From contig URBG01000004.1 in the NCBI GenBank assembly GCA_900546055.1, forward strand, positions 1-54,198: a DNA stretch of 54,198 nt, given 5' to 3'. Origin of the DNA: an uncultured Mycoplasmatota bacterium (lineage in GTDB: Bacteria > Bacillota_I > Bacilli_A > RF39 > UBA660). Position numbers and translations under genes: made by a program. Of the stretch, positions 37,659-48,570 are shown in pieces. Position 1 is the first letter of the stretch. Each line of letters starts with the position of its first letter. Under the pieces are notes generated by a model. The model did no database searches. It was not told the origin of the DNA and saw only the letters and a list, made by a program, of their open reading frames with translations.

Positions 37659-37687
37659 AAAAAAACTTTAGTTATTTTTAACTAAAG
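37659..37687 (-). terminator. rho-independent terminator after clpC
   Basis: CTTTAGTT-N6-AACTAAAG stem immediately after the stop, with T7 in minus sense. Confidence 0.7.
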
Positions 37688-39979
37688 TTAAACAGTTTGA
37701 CCAATTTCTTTTATATATACACTTTCTTCATTATCAATTAATGCTTCAACGATTTGAGTTTCTAGTTCATCTTTGATAACTTTTCTAATTTTTCTTGCAC
37801 CATACTCTTCGTAATTTGATAGTTTTGCTATTTCAGTAATTACTTTTGCAGCTAATTTTATCTCAATTTTGTCTTTATATTTTTCTTTTAGATCTTTTAT
37901 TTTAAGATTAATTATTTTAATAATATCTTCTTCCTTTAAATTATTAAAGGTGATAACATTATCTACTCTATTCATAAATGGAATAGAAAATTTATCATTT
38001 AATTTTGTTTTAACTTTGTTTTCAGAATTAAAGCCAACATTAATGTCATGGAAACCAACATTTGAAGTCATGATAATAACTACATTATCAAATCTAACAA
38101 TATTTGATTTACTATCTTTTATTATCCCTTCGTCTAATACCTGAAGGAATAAGTTAGTAATATCTGTGTGAGCTTTTTCGATTTCATCTAAAATTAAGAC
38201 AGAATATGGTTTGTTTTTTATTTCTTCTAAAATATTAGTATTATCATCATAACCAATATAACCTGGAGGCGCACCTACAATTTTACTAATGCTGTGCGCT
38301 TCACGGTATTCACTCATATCTAATTTAATAACGTTTTTTGAACCGACTAAATTATCACCAAATAATTTGGCTAGTTCTGTTTTCCCCACCCCTGAAGGAC
38401 CACAAAATAACATTGAATAGCACTTATCGTTAAGTCCTAATTTTATTTTTTTTGCAATGTTACACACACTTTTAACTGCTTCATCTTGACCAATTAAATT
38501 ATGTTTAATTAAAGTTTCGGTTTGTTTAATGATTGCTTTCTTTTCATTTAGTAATTCATAAATAGGAATACCTGTTTTACTATGAACTACATTTGCAACA
38601 TCCATTTTTGTAACTTTTTTATTATTTTTTTTATAAAGTGTAAGTTCTAGAGTATTAATTTCATTCATCAGTTTGAATTCTTCATTTTTATATTCAGATG
38701 CTTTATTAAAATCATTATCAATAATTGCCTGTTTTTTAGATTTAATAATCTCTTTTAATTTTTTATTATACTCTTTATACTGAATAAGGTTTTTACTTTC
38801 TTTAAGACTTGTTTTAGCGCAGACTTCATCTAGTATATCAATAGATTTATCTGGCTGGTTACGGTTATAAATATATTTTTCTGAAAGGCTAATAATTAAA
38901 TCAATTATTTCTTCATCAATTGAAACTTTGTGATACCCTTCATAAATTTCTTTTAAATTCATTAATATTTCTTTAACCGTCTCTTTAGTTGGTGCCTCGA
39001 TTGTTACCTTTTGAAAACGTCTTTCTAAGGCACTATCTTTTTCAATATATTTTTTATATTCATCGGTAGTTGTAGCTCCAATACATCTTAATTTACCACG
39101 AGCTAGGGCTGGCTTAAATATATTTGAAGCATCGATTGCGCCTTCAGCGCCACCCGCACCTACTAAGGTATGAACTTCGTCGATGAATAAAATGATGTCA
39201 TCGTTTTCTTCAATTTCTTTTAAAATCTTATGCATTCTTTCTTCAAATTCTCCACGATATTTAGTCCCTGCAACGCTTGTTGCCATATCTAGGCTAATAA
39301 TCCTTTTGTTTTTTAAAGCCATTGGAACATCACCTTTAACAATCATACTGGCAAGTTCTTCAACAATGGCCGTTTTTCCAACACCAGCTTCACCAATTAA
39401 TAACGGATTGTTTTTAGTACGCCTTGATAGAATTTCTAAAACTCTTTTTATTTCTTTATCTCTACCAGTTACGGGATCCAAATCGCCATTTAAAGCTTTT
39501 TTATTTAAATCAACACCTAATTCTTCTAGTAATAGTTTTTTAGAACTTTGTTTGCTAGTTAAGCGATAGCTAAAATCATTATAAAGTTCATCGATATCGA
39601 TATCCATACCAATTAAAACTCTAATGGCAACACCCTCGCCTTCCTCTAATAAACTTGAAAAAAGATGGTTAATAGTAACGATACCATTATTATTTTCTTT
39701 CGCATCTAAACTGGCATTTTCAATGATTCTCTTTAACAAGGGAGTATATAGAAAATATTCACTTGGTTTTGAACCTTTACCAATTATTTTAATTATTTCT
39801 TTTTTAAACACCTCATATGTTAAATCGTATTCTTCTAATCTTTCTGTGATTTCATTATCACTTTTTAAGATAGCTAATAATAGATGTTCAGAAGATACAT
39901 AAGGATGATTTAAGTCTTGCATTTCTTTTTTTGCTACAACGAGAGTCTTTCTTGCTTCTTCTTCAAAATTGCCGAACAT
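37688..39979 (-). CDS. clpC: ATP-dependent Clp protease ATP-binding subunit ClpC-type
   Basis: Double Clp_N repeat and two AAA+ modules ([16 protein letters not shown]). A UVR-like linker ([14 protein letters not shown]) is also present. 763 aa. Confidence 0.9.
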   Translation of the reverse strand: MFGNFEEEARKTLVVAKKEMQDLNHPYVSSEHLLLAILKSDNEITERLEEYDLTYEVFKKEIIKIIGKGSKPSEYFLYTPLLKRIIENASLDAKENNNGIVTINHLFSSLLEEGEGVAIRVLIGMDIDIDELYNDFSYRLTSKQSSKKLLLEELGVDLNKKALNGDLDPVTGRDKEIKRVLEILSRRTKNNPLLIGEAGVGKTAIVEELASMIVKGDVPMALKNKRIISLDMATSVAGTKYRGEFEERMHKILKEIEENDDIILFIDEVHTLVGAGGAEGAIDASNIFKPALARGKLRCIGATTTDEYKKYIEKDSALERRFQKVTIEAPTKETVKEILMNLKEIYEGYHKVSIDEEIIDLIISLSEKYIYNRNQPDKSIDILDEVCAKTSLKESKNLIQYKEYNKKLKEIIKSKKQAIIDNDFNKASEYKNEEFKLMNEINTLELTLYKKNNKKVTKMDVANVVHSKTGIPIYELLNEKKAIIKQTETLIKHNLIGQDEAVKSVCNIAKKIKLGLNDKCYSMLFCGPSGVGKTELAKLFGDNLVGSKNVIKLDMSEYREAHSISKIVGAPPGYIGYDDNTNILEEIKNKPYSVLILDEIEKAHTDITNLFLQVLDEGIIKDSKSNIVRFDNVVIIMTSNVGFHDINVGFNSENKVKTKLNDKFSIPFMNRVDNVITFNNLKEEDIIKIINLKIKDLKEKYKDKIEIKLAAKVITEIAKLSNYEEYGARKIRKVIKDELETQIVEALIDNEESVYIKEIGQTV

Positions 39980-40101
39980 ATTTATCTCCTTTCACTTATA
40001 TTCTATGTTTATATTGAGCAGATATCTATTGTTTTAATCAACAAATTTTTTATTTAAAAAGGAAATAGAAAACTTGAAATAATAGTTTTCTATTTTTTTG
40101 T

Positions 40102-40126
40102 AAAAAAAGAAAGCTATTAAGCTTTT
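40102..40126 (-). terminator. rho-independent terminator, followed by a second hairpin at 40065..40093
   Basis: AAAGCT-ATTA-AGCTTT stem with T7 in minus sense. A further 10-bp hairpin ATAGAAAACT/AGTTTTCTAT lies adjacent. Confidence 0.5.
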
Positions 40127-41425
40127 CTATAAGGTATATACAGTTTTTAAATTTTTTAACGCTTTAACAGTCTTATCGAAATCAATAATCTCTAAATTAG
40201 TAATAAGTTCTTTTTCTTCTTGAGCTTGTTCAGAAATTACCGGAGCTATGATTGGTGTTTCTTTAATAACTGGCGCTGGAATAACAGGAATCTGTGGCTC
40301 TTTAATTATTGGATCTTCTTTCTTAACCATTGGAGTTGTTTCTACCTTTAAAGGTTCAACAGATGTTGGTATGATTATTGTTTCAATTGGCTTTAATTTT
40401 TCCTTTTTAATAACTGGTGCCATTTCGGTTACTGCCGGAGCTTTTTTCTCTGGGTACTCTGGCTTAAAGTTTTCAAAAGAAGAGACTGATTCTGTAGTTA
40501 CCGGCTCAATTGTTTTTGGCGCTTCAGTAGGCTCTGGCACCTTTTGTTTAATAACTTCTTTAACGGTGGGAGCTTTTGGACTAATAAAAGGTTTGGGGTC
40601 ATCCATTGGTTTTAATAAATCGGGTTTATGCTCTTCTTTTATTATCTCTTCATTTAAATCAATTGGTTTGATTTTTTCTTCTTTGATCAAATTTTTATCT
40701 AGAGGTTTTACGGGAATAATTGGTGAGAGTTTTACTTCCGGCTCTTTAATTATTATTTTAACTTCAGGCTCTACTTTAGCATGAGTTATTCGACCCTCTG
40801 GAAGTGTTGTTTTTGTTTCCTTTAGTCCTTCTATTTGCTTTTGAATATCAATACTAGTACCATTTTCTTTAGCGTCCAGTCTGGCCGTTATTCTATCAAT
40901 AGCATGAACGACAACTAAAGTTATAATTTGAAGCGCAAAGGTTCCCATTAGAAGTTGCATTAACGTCAAAACATCACTACTGGCATATAAAGCATTTTCT
41001 TTATATATATCAATATCATTAACTTGGATAACCGTTAATACTAAACAAAATAAGGTTTGGATAATCGCAAATCCTGTTATATTAATAATCTTTGTTATTT
41101 TGGTTGTATCTTTTCTTAAAAACGTAATCAAAGTAATAACTGCAGATAAAACTTCAACGATAAATAATGTAATAAAGTTTGGAAAATATAAGGTCATGAA
41201 TATGCCATCGACCACATTATCAAAAAGTTCAAATAAAGTTGTATTACCGACAAAAAGAACTACTAAAATAACAGCTATATAAATTAAAACAACGGCTTTT
41301 TTAGTTATTTTTTTATTAAAAAATATTAATAATACCGGCAATAATAAAAGGCATATAAAAATAGGGTGTGCGAGAATATTTTGACCAAGAATGCCTAATT
41401 TTTCAAAAAAACTTAATTTTTCCAC
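40127..41425 (-). CDS. membrane protein with a Pro/Lys/Glu-rich extended C-terminal region
   Basis: About 6 N-terminal TM helices, then long PEVK-like low-complexity sequence. GTG at 41425 behind RBS AGAGGGGAAG is preferred over the ATG at 41476. Confidence 0.55.
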   Translation of the reverse strand: MEKLSFFEKLGILGQNILAHPIFICLLLLPVLLIFFNKKITKKAVVLIYIAVILVVLFVGNTTLFELFDNVVDGIFMTLYFPNFITLFIVEVLSAVITLITFLRKDTTKITKIINITGFAIIQTLFCLVLTVIQVNDIDIYKENALYASSDVLTLMQLLMGTFALQIITLVVVHAIDRITARLDAKENGTSIDIQKQIEGLKETKTTLPEGRITHAKVEPEVKIIIKEPEVKLSPIIPVKPLDKNLIKEEKIKPIDLNEEIIKEEHKPDLLKPMDDPKPFISPKAPTVKEVIKQKVPEPTEAPKTIEPVTTESVSSFENFKPEYPEKKAPAVTEMAPVIKKEKLKPIETIIIPTSVEPLKVETTPMVKKEDPIIKEPQIPVIPAPVIKETPIIAPVISEQAQEEKELITNLEIIDFDKTVKALKNLKTVYTL

Positions 41426-41719
41426 AATCGCACTTCCCCTCTTTTTAATTCTTTTAATCTGGCATAATACTACCATAAATGATTTTAATAGTCAAATTGT
41501 TAATCTTTATATTTTGGTTTTATTTTAATGGCAATTTTTTTAGTATCTTCAATGATTTTTTAATCTTTAAATCTTGTTTTGATAAAACGTTTTAAGCAAT
41601 TATAATTGCTTTTCTACTTCTAAAATATCCCCATAAAGTTATAATAAATAGTTTAGAATATTTTACTAGTGAAGTTTAATACTAGAAATAATATTTTGCT
41701 TTAAATCGTCCATTTTTAT

Positions 41720-43372
41720 TTATCCTACTTTTTTAGTAAATTTACTTTTTATTTTAATAAGTACTTTTTTAACAGCACCTTTACCTAATATTTCATCAAT
41801 TGTTTTAGATTTATAGGCAACAATGAAATAAACAATAACGCCAATTACTCCATATAATATTATTTGAAGAATAGCAATAAATCTTGATGAAGTTATATTT
41901 GGAATGAATAAATTGATAATCATTAAACTAACAATCATAATAGCAGTACAGAATGTTACTTTAATTAAAGTTCTTGCTGATTTGAGATAACTGATATTTG
42001 TTTTCTTTTTGATCACTCTTAATAAGAACAGACTACATAAGGTATCGATAATCATGTTTAAAGCAATTGGAGCATAATAAGCTTCAATTCCCATCATATC
42101 AAATAAATGCATCATTGGAACATTTAAACATATTTTAGCTAAAACACTACCGCCTAAAGCGATGATTGTTTCTTTAGTATTATTCATGGTTTGATTAGTA
42201 TTGACCATAACTGAACTTATTGAAAGTGGAATCTGTGATAGAATTAGCAATCTAAAGATTGATATATTAAGTTCATTATAACCATAGAAAACGGTCCAAA
42301 CGTCAGAAGCCATAAAGCTAATACCAACCGCTAAAGGCACAGTAACTAAAAGTAATGTTTGTAAAGCTTGATTTATTTTGGCATGAACTTCTTTATAATT
42401 TTTAATAGCATAAGCGGCAGCAATGGTTGGGATTAAGCTCATAACAATACCGGTAGATATTGACATGACAATCATGTTTAGTTTACTTCCCCAAGTAGCC
42501 AAAACGCTTAAAACATTTTCACTGATTGCTGTAGTATAGCCTAAAGATACTAATGATTTAACAACTGTAAAAACATCAACCATAGTGAACGCTGATTGAA
42601 GAACAGAGATAACAACAAATGGTAAGGCATAGAAAATGATTTTTCTAGCCACGTCTTTAGTAGTTATCTTGGCTTCATCTCTCGTTACTGGAGCAGTCCG
42701 ATTTAATTCTTTTTTATTTTTCTTAATTTTACTTGCGACATAGAAATATGCGGCAATAGCACCTACTGTAGCGCCAAAAACAGCAATACCAACAGCTGTT
42801 GTTACTGAGGCATGGAATACTTTTAAAGCAAAGAAACTACCACCTAAAATAACAATAACTCTAACGATCTGTTCTAAGATGTTTGCGACAGATGAAACTT
42901 GCATAATTTTATGCCCTTGAAGATAACCTTTGGAAACACTCAAAAATGGAACAACTAAAATAGCTGTGGCTATTATTCTAATAACTAAGGTTACGTCTTC
43001 AATTGAATTACCACCCTTAACATCACCAATTATTAGATAGGCAATTTGAGGGGCAAAAATAACTAGGATTAAAAAGACTAAGACACCTAAAACACCAATT
43101 ATTTTAAGACCGGTTTTAAAGGTCTTTTCCTTGGTGTTAAAATATTTCAAACTATTATATTCACTTACGACTTTACTCATAGCAACAGGAATACCACTTG
43201 TCGCTAAATTTAAAAACATGTTATAAATTGAATAAGCATAACTGTAAAGGGCACCACCTTGAACACCAATTATCGCATAAAATGGGATAACGTAAACAAG
43301 ACCGATAAATTTACAAATTATTATTCCAATAGTTGAAATAGCTGCTCCAGCGAGAAAGCTATTTTTCTTCAT
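41720..43372 (-). CDS. MOP-superfamily flippase (MurJ/SpoVB/YtgP-like polysaccharide biosynthesis protein)
   Basis: 550 aa, about 14 TM. The N-terminal FLAGAAISTIGIIICKFIGLVYVIPF pattern is typical of the SpoVB/YtgP family. Confidence 0.75.
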   Translation of the reverse strand: MKKNSFLAGAAISTIGIIICKFIGLVYVIPFYAIIGVQGGALYSYAYSIYNMFLNLATSGIPVAMSKVVSEYNSLKYFNTKEKTFKTGLKIIGVLGVLVFLILVIFAPQIAYLIIGDVKGGNSIEDVTLVIRIIATAILVVPFLSVSKGYLQGHKIMQVSSVANILEQIVRVIVILGGSFFALKVFHASVTTAVGIAVFGATVGAIAAYFYVASKIKKNKKELNRTAPVTRDEAKITTKDVARKIIFYALPFVVISVLQSAFTMVDVFTVVKSLVSLGYTTAISENVLSVLATWGSKLNMIVMSISTGIVMSLIPTIAAAYAIKNYKEVHAKINQALQTLLLVTVPLAVGISFMASDVWTVFYGYNELNISIFRLLILSQIPLSISSVMVNTNQTMNNTKETIIALGGSVLAKICLNVPMMHLFDMMGIEAYYAPIALNMIIDTLCSLFLLRVIKKKTNISYLKSARTLIKVTFCTAIMIVSLMIINLFIPNITSSRFIAILQIILYGVIGVIVYFIVAYKSKTIDEILGKGAVKKVLIKIKSKFTKKVG

Positions 43373-43381
43373 AACATCACC

Positions 43382-43552
43382 CTATCTATAAACGATAAGC
43401 GCAGAAAAACAATATATCTGTTCTTCCCCATATGTTGTCACAGCTACGGAGAAGTGAATATCGATTATTTCTGGCTCGCTATCAGATATAAAGTCATTAA
43501 TTGACTTTTCTAAATCTTTTTCATGGCTTTCGTCAAAAACCTTTACTTTCAT
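43382..43552 (-). CDS. Cse60-family sporulation protein (56 aa; not in the ORF track)
   Basis: My translation is MKVKVFDESHEKDLEKSINDFISDSEPEIIDIHFSVAVTTYGEEQIYCFSALIVYR. This matches the Cse60 pattern (VKxFDEEHEKDLE...QIYCFSA). RBS AAAGGTGA. Confidence 0.7.
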   Translation of the reverse strand: MKVKVFDESHEKDLEKSINDFISDSEPEIIDIHFSVAVTTYGEEQIYCFSALIVYR

Positions 43553-43600
43553 TATATCACCTTTTTATATTATAACGAAATAAAATGATAATAATTTGTC

Positions 43601-43627
43601 AAAAAAAAGAGGAAACTTTATTCCTCT
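43601..43627 (-). terminator. rho-independent terminator after the M23 peptidase gene
   Basis: AGAGGAA-N6-TTCCTCT stem with a T7 run in minus sense (A-run 43601..43607 on plus); overlaps the stop codon. Confidence 0.65.
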
Positions 43628-44834
43628 ATCTGTGACTAAAATAACCATTATGTCCGGGAATTTGTGGAGCCACTGTTCGTGGGTTAATACGTCCACTATT
43701 AGGATTGCCTCCAGCTATAACTCTATTTTCCCAGCTATTACCTTTATTATCAAATAAGTTAAGATGGACATGGATACCACCAGAACATCGATCAACTGAA
43801 TTACGTCCAGCCATCGAGCCTATTTTAGTGGTATAAGAGACTTTTTGACCAACGCTAACTGACCAGCTTGAAAGGTGCCAGTAAGAAGTGATATATGAAT
43901 GACCATTGATATTGTGTTTAACGTATACTATGTGATTTCCACAAGTTGGATTATTATCAAGCATAATAATCTCTCCATCGGCAATCGGATAAACACTATC
44001 ACCAGCAATACTTCTTGAAAAGTCAATACCGGTATGGAATTCGCTTGTTCCACCAATAACACGCCAGCCATAATCACTAGTAACATAGCCACTAGAAATT
44101 GGCATATAAGTTCCGTTAACGCTTGGAATATTACCACCATTATTGATAGTTCTTTGACAACTTGATATAGTATCATTCCCACTACATCCACGTTTTTTCA
44201 TACTGTTAATTAAATTAATTTGGGTTTTATATTCTTGATCTTTGCTTATCATTCCTGATTGCAAGGTTTCAATTTCTTTGTTTAATTTGGCTTCTAAAAC
44301 TGTAAGTTCTTGTTGTTTTTTAGAAAGTTCATTTTGTTTGGTTGCAAGTTCTTTTTGTTTTTGTTCTAGTTGTTTGACATTTTCATTGTATTCTTTAATT
44401 AATTTATCATTATAACTTGATAATTGTTCAGCTACAGAAACACGATAAATAAAATCGGTAAATGAGCTTGCACCAAAAGCGTATTCTAAATAAGCAGAGT
44501 CACCATTTGACACTTGAACAAATTTCATAAGCTCTTTAATTTCTTTGTCTTTAACTTTCATAGATTCCTGAAGTTTGGTAATATCAGTTTCAATAGTCTT
44601 TAATTCGGCATCGATACTTTTAATTTCATTTTCTACTTCAGCTTTTTGCTTTGTTGCTTGGGCTCTTTCAGTTTCAGTAAGAGCTTTTTGCTCTTTAGCT
44701 TTATTATAAGCATCTCTATTAGCTTTTGCCTGAGCTTCTAATTGATTAAGGGTTAATTCTTTTGCATTAACACCTTGGATTGATAAAGCAAAGCATATAA
44801 CAATAGTTAGAACTAAATAACAATATTTTCGCAT
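43626..44834 (-). CDS. coiled-coil M23 family peptidoglycan metalloendopeptidase (paralogue A, canonical active site)
   Basis: Signal peptide, a long coiled coil, then an M23 domain with HTGID (HxxxD) and HVH (HxH). Confidence 0.8.
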   Translation of the reverse strand: MRKYCYLVLTIVICFALSIQGVNAKELTLNQLEAQAKANRDAYNKAKEQKALTETERAQATKQKAEVENEIKSIDAELKTIETDITKLQESMKVKDKEIKELMKFVQVSNGDSAYLEYAFGASSFTDFIYRVSVAEQLSSYNDKLIKEYNENVKQLEQKQKELATKQNELSKKQQELTVLEAKLNKEIETLQSGMISKDQEYKTQINLINSMKKRGCSGNDTISSCQRTINNGGNIPSVNGTYMPISSGYVTSDYGWRVIGGTSEFHTGIDFSRSIAGDSVYPIADGEIIMLDNNPTCGNHIVYVKHNINGHSYITSYWHLSSWSVSVGQKVSYTTKIGSMAGRNSVDRCSGGIHVHLNLFDNKGNSWENRVIAGGNPNSGRINPRTVAPQIPGHNGYFSHR

Positions 44835-44848
44835 TTATTCACCCTTTT

Positions 44849-46063
44849 CTATCTACTAGTGAAACGTTTTCCCTCACCAGGTAGTTGAGTTAACCACACT
44901 CTTGGGTTCATGTGTGGCCCATTACTTAATGAGAAGAAGTCTTTTAAATATCTTCCTTTAAACAGTTTGAAGTCTAAGTGAGACCCAGTAGTACAACTAT
45001 CATAACTTGGATTACCACCTTGAGTTCCGATCTGAGTAGTATAGTAAACGGTTTGACCTGCACTAACATTAGTTGTTTTTAAATGATAGTAAACTGTTGT
45101 ATACATTTGACCATTAACATTATGAAGAATATAAACAATATTTTTCCCACATGATTGATTACGGGAAACAGTAATTACAGTTCCAGTAGTAATAGCATAC
45201 ACAGGAGCACCTTCATAATTAGTTATATCGATAGCATTATGACTTTTACCGTAATAGTTTTGTGTTACTCGTCCATTAGTTAAAGGAATGTAGAAGCCAT
45301 TGGCATTACCGCCGCCAGTAACTCCCCCACTACCGCTACTACTTCCTCCACCGCTTCCGCCGCCACCACTTACAGCTGGCGGATTTAATCTAGCTTCACA
45401 GGCAGACATATCTTCATAACCCTTACATCCTTTATTTTTTAAAAGATTAACATAATTCATTAGGTTTTTATATTCAGCATCGTATGACTGAGCGGTGTCG
45501 TTTAATTCATCGATTTCTTTTGATAGTTTTTGAATTAATTCATTTAATTTCTTTTGCTGTTCCTTTAACTCAATTTCTTTGGCTGCTAAATCTTTTTGTT
45601 TTTGTCCTAAAGTCTTAATGTCTTTATTATAGCCAGTAATTAAATCGTCATTATAGCTTGATAATTGTTCGGCCACTGAAACGCGGTAAATAAAATCAGT
45701 AAATGAGCTTGCGCCAAAGGCATATTCTAAATAAACTGATTCTCCACTTGTGATTTGGACAAACTTTAATATTTCTTTGATCTCTTTATCTTTATTTTTA
45801 ATCGATGCTTCCAAATTCTTAATATCAGTTTCTAATTTGGTGATGTCGGTTTGGATTGTTTGAATTTTCTTAGTTATCTCTTCTTTTTCGGCTAAGGCTT
45901 TTTTCTTTTCCTCTTCAGTCATTTGCTTTTTTTGTTTAGTTGATTGTGAAGACTTTAAGGCTTTTTCGGCTTTAGCAACATATTCATCTAAAGTTTCGGC
46001 TTGAACGCTTAATGGGATAAATAAAAGAAGACATAGGGCAAAACATACTAAATTTTTTTTCAT
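44849..46063 (-). CDS. coiled-coil M23-like protein (paralogue B, divergent HxH motif)
   Basis: Same architecture plus a Gly/Ser linker. HNAID (HxxxD) is kept, but the HxH position reads HLD. Confidence 0.75.
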   Translation of the reverse strand: MKKNLVCFALCLLLFIPLSVQAETLDEYVAKAEKALKSSQSTKQKKQMTEEEKKKALAEKEEITKKIQTIQTDITKLETDIKNLEASIKNKDKEIKEILKFVQITSGESVYLEYAFGASSFTDFIYRVSVAEQLSSYNDDLITGYNKDIKTLGQKQKDLAAKEIELKEQQKKLNELIQKLSKEIDELNDTAQSYDAEYKNLMNYVNLLKNKGCKGYEDMSACEARLNPPAVSGGGGSGGGSSSGSGGVTGGGNANGFYIPLTNGRVTQNYYGKSHNAIDITNYEGAPVYAITTGTVITVSRNQSCGKNIVYILHNVNGQMYTTVYYHLKTTNVSAGQTVYYTTQIGTQGGNPSYDSCTTGSHLDFKLFKGRYLKDFFSLSNGPHMNPRVWLTQLPGEGKRFTSR

Positions 46064-46075
46064 TAATTACCACCT

Positions 46076-46720
46076 CTATTCTTTTAATGTTTTAACAGCT
46101 TTTTTATAGTCCGGCATATAGTATTCAACAGTATTCCAAAATGCCCTTGAATGATCGAAATGAACAAAATGACTCAATTCATGAATAATTACATAATCGA
46201 TAATTTTAAGATCATAACGGATTAGCTTTGCATTTAGGGTAATAGAACTATCTAGCTTATGATTAACACCCCATCTTGTTTTCATCGACCTGATTTTTAA
46301 TTTTGGATACGGAATATCTTCATCAAATAAGTTATAGCAGGCTTCTAATCTTTCTTCAAATACTTTTTTTGTTTGTTTAGAAAGCCACTTTTCTAATTTT
46401 GTTTCACTCGGTGTATATATCTTGTTACCATCGATTTCGATATCGTTAAATGGTACTATTATTATATCATATTTGTCGCCCAAATAATAGAAGTCTTGCT
46501 CGCGCTCTTGCTTGTGCTTTACTTTATTTAACGCTTTTCTTAAAAAATCTTCTTCACGATTAAGCATAGCTTTAATATCTCTTTTTGAAGTGAAAAATCC
46601 AGTTGTAACATAGATGGTTAAATCATCTTTGATTTTAATATAGGTATTTTTATTGTTTTTGCAAACTACTTCAACATTATATTTGTCGCCGTCTAGTTTA
46701 TATTCAAATGTTTTTTCCAT
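46076..46720 (-). CDS. YgjP/DUF45 (M48-like, SprT-like) metallopeptidase
   Basis: HELSH zinc motif within IIHELSHFVHFDHSRAFW; 214 aa. Confidence 0.75.
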   Translation of the reverse strand: MEKTFEYKLDGDKYNVEVVCKNNKNTYIKIKDDLTIYVTTGFFTSKRDIKAMLNREEDFLRKALNKVKHKQEREQDFYYLGDKYDIIIVPFNDIEIDGNKIYTPSETKLEKWLSKQTKKVFEERLEACYNLFDEDIPYPKLKIRSMKTRWGVNHKLDSSITLNAKLIRYDLKIIDYVIIHELSHFVHFDHSRAFWNTVEYYMPDYKKAVKTLKE

Positions 46721-46780
46721 CTTACCACCTTATATAATTTTATCATATTTTGTCATATTTTTATAGAGAAAGTTTTTGGC

Positions 46781-46804
46781 AAAAAAAGAAAGCTGTTAGC
46801 TTTC
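46781..46804 (-). terminator. rho-independent terminator
   Basis: GAAAGCT-GTT-AGCTTTC stem with T7 in minus sense, directly after the stop at 46809. Confidence 0.7.
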
Positions 46805-46808
46805 ATTA

Positions 46809-48491
46809 TCATTGAAACCAAATACCATTAAAATCGTATTTAAATGCCCTATATGCGTATTTTTTGGATGTATAGTTAAATTGTATGATTAAGTTTCCAT
46901 CACTATCATATTCGCCAAATGAGTGGTCTTTCCCAGAGCTTGTGATGATATTTTCCTTATAATATTCAATACTACTAACAATACTGGAATATGGAACGTT
47001 AAAGCTTTGAATTAAAGTATAAGTCTTAGTTTTTTCATCAATTAGGTATTTATAAAACTTTGAGTTGGTACCTTTTTCATAAGTTCCAACACCTTCATAA
47101 TTTGACCAATCAAAGTTCGGTCGTGTTCTAGCACCACCATAGTTATTATTATAAATGGTTATATAATATTGACCATCCTCTAAACTATCATCTTCAGTAT
47201 AAGTAACCGTGTGCTGTCCCGCATGGGAAGTAAAGTCCCCTATTTTGGTATAGCTATATTCTTCGTAACTTGATTCATCAATCATGCTTTCATCAGCTAA
47301 AATATATTTTAATGTTGGATTTTCATAGACGTCATTTATTCTAATGATTGAACTAATTTCCCTAGCGCTTAATAAAATATCTTTACCATTTATTATTTGA
47401 AGACTATTTAAGTGAATCCAGTCAAGTTCATCACCACCATAGGTATTACCTTCTTCGGGAATTTCTGCGGTATCATAATAATCTTTAAAATAGTCTTTCA
47501 TATCTAGTAATTCTGAAACTTCCTTTGTCTCTAAATCTAAAGCGATTACATAATCTTCGATTGTGTCTTCTTTGTTTTTGTTAGCTAAAATAACTAGTTT
47601 GTTGTTAATTTCATCATAAACAAAATCATGATGCATTGTATACCCTTTAATACCATAAAAATCAATAATTTTGCCGGTACTGTCAACTTTAATGAATCCG
47701 TTGTTTTTATAACAATAAATCATATAATCGTCTTCAAAAATTATGCGATCAGTACGATATGACTTTAAGCCTAATTCTGCTCTTAAAACTCCATCATTAT
47801 CATAAAGATAAATATTAGAATTAAAGCTTTTATCATGTCCCAATAAAGCATATAAGCCGTCTGTTAAAGATTTCTTACTTTTACCTTTTTCAGTATCTAA
47901 TTTTGCATCAACTTTAGATTCACTTTTAGGCATTTTTATTTTTATTTTATTAGTTTTAATTGTTTGACCATTTGCCATTAACTTTAAATCAATGATATTA
48001 GTTTTGCTACTAACTAAGCCTATAATTTGATATTCATAATTAGAATTTTCTTTTTTAGTTAAGGTTTGTGAATAATCATTAGTACCTGTTGCTTTTATCG
48101 TATATGATAATGTAGCATCAGTGTCATCAGTATAATAAATATTTAATCCCGTATTGTTTGTTCCATAAGGGTTTAAAATAATTAATGGACTATCAAAGGT
48201 ATAATTTCCTTTTTTTAATTGTTTATTAATTTTATCTTCAATTATTTTTTGGTAAGTCTCAGTAAAAATATCAACATCGTCTGGAGCGTCAATAACATAA
48301 ATATTATCCCCTAATGTTTGATCTAGCTTTATATTTATATTTGCCCTAAGCCAAGTTTCATCTTCTAATAATTTAGCTTTTACTTTAGGGTAAATGTGGG
48401 TAGTGAAGGCAAAAGCAAAAACCGTAATCGCTAACAAAAAAACTAAAGGATGCTTATATCTTTTTAATAAGTTTAATAGATTTTTTTTCAC
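46809..48491 (-). CDS. aryl-sulfate sulfotransferase (ASST) family protein, membrane-anchored
   Basis: N-terminal TM, and a beta-propeller-like body with the block GDELDWIHLNSLQ...ILLSAREISSIIRI reminiscent of the ASST family. GTG at 48491 behind RBS GAGGTG. Confidence 0.55.
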   Translation of the reverse strand: MKKNLLNLLKRYKHPLVFLLAITVFAFAFTTHIYPKVKAKLLEDETWLRANINIKLDQTLGDNIYVIDAPDDVDIFTETYQKIIEDKINKQLKKGNYTFDSPLIILNPYGTNNTGLNIYYTDDTDATLSYTIKATGTNDYSQTLTKKENSNYEYQIIGLVSSKTNIIDLKLMANGQTIKTNKIKIKMPKSESKVDAKLDTEKGKSKKSLTDGLYALLGHDKSFNSNIYLYDNDGVLRAELGLKSYRTDRIIFEDDYMIYCYKNNGFIKVDSTGKIIDFYGIKGYTMHHDFVYDEINNKLVILANKNKEDTIEDYVIALDLETKEVSELLDMKDYFKDYYDTAEIPEEGNTYGGDELDWIHLNSLQIINGKDILLSAREISSIIRINDVYENPTLKYILADESMIDESSYEEYSYTKIGDFTSHAGQHTVTYTEDDSLEDGQYYITIYNNNYGGARTRPNFDWSNYEGVGTYEKGTNSKFYKYLIDEKTKTYTLIQSFNVPYSSIVSSIEYYKENIITSSGKDHSFGEYDSDGNLIIQFNYTSKKYAYRAFKYDFNGIWFQ

Positions 48492-48570
48492 ACAATACAC
48501 CTCATATTTTATATAAAAATTATAAAAGTATTTGGTGAAAACAAAATGAATGTCAAGTGAAAATTAAATG

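Noticed and set aside
39980-40100. CtsR operator upstream of clpC
   Set aside because: No (A/G)GTCAAA direct heptad repeat is present on either strand, and no ctsR/mcsA/mcsB genes precede clpC here.
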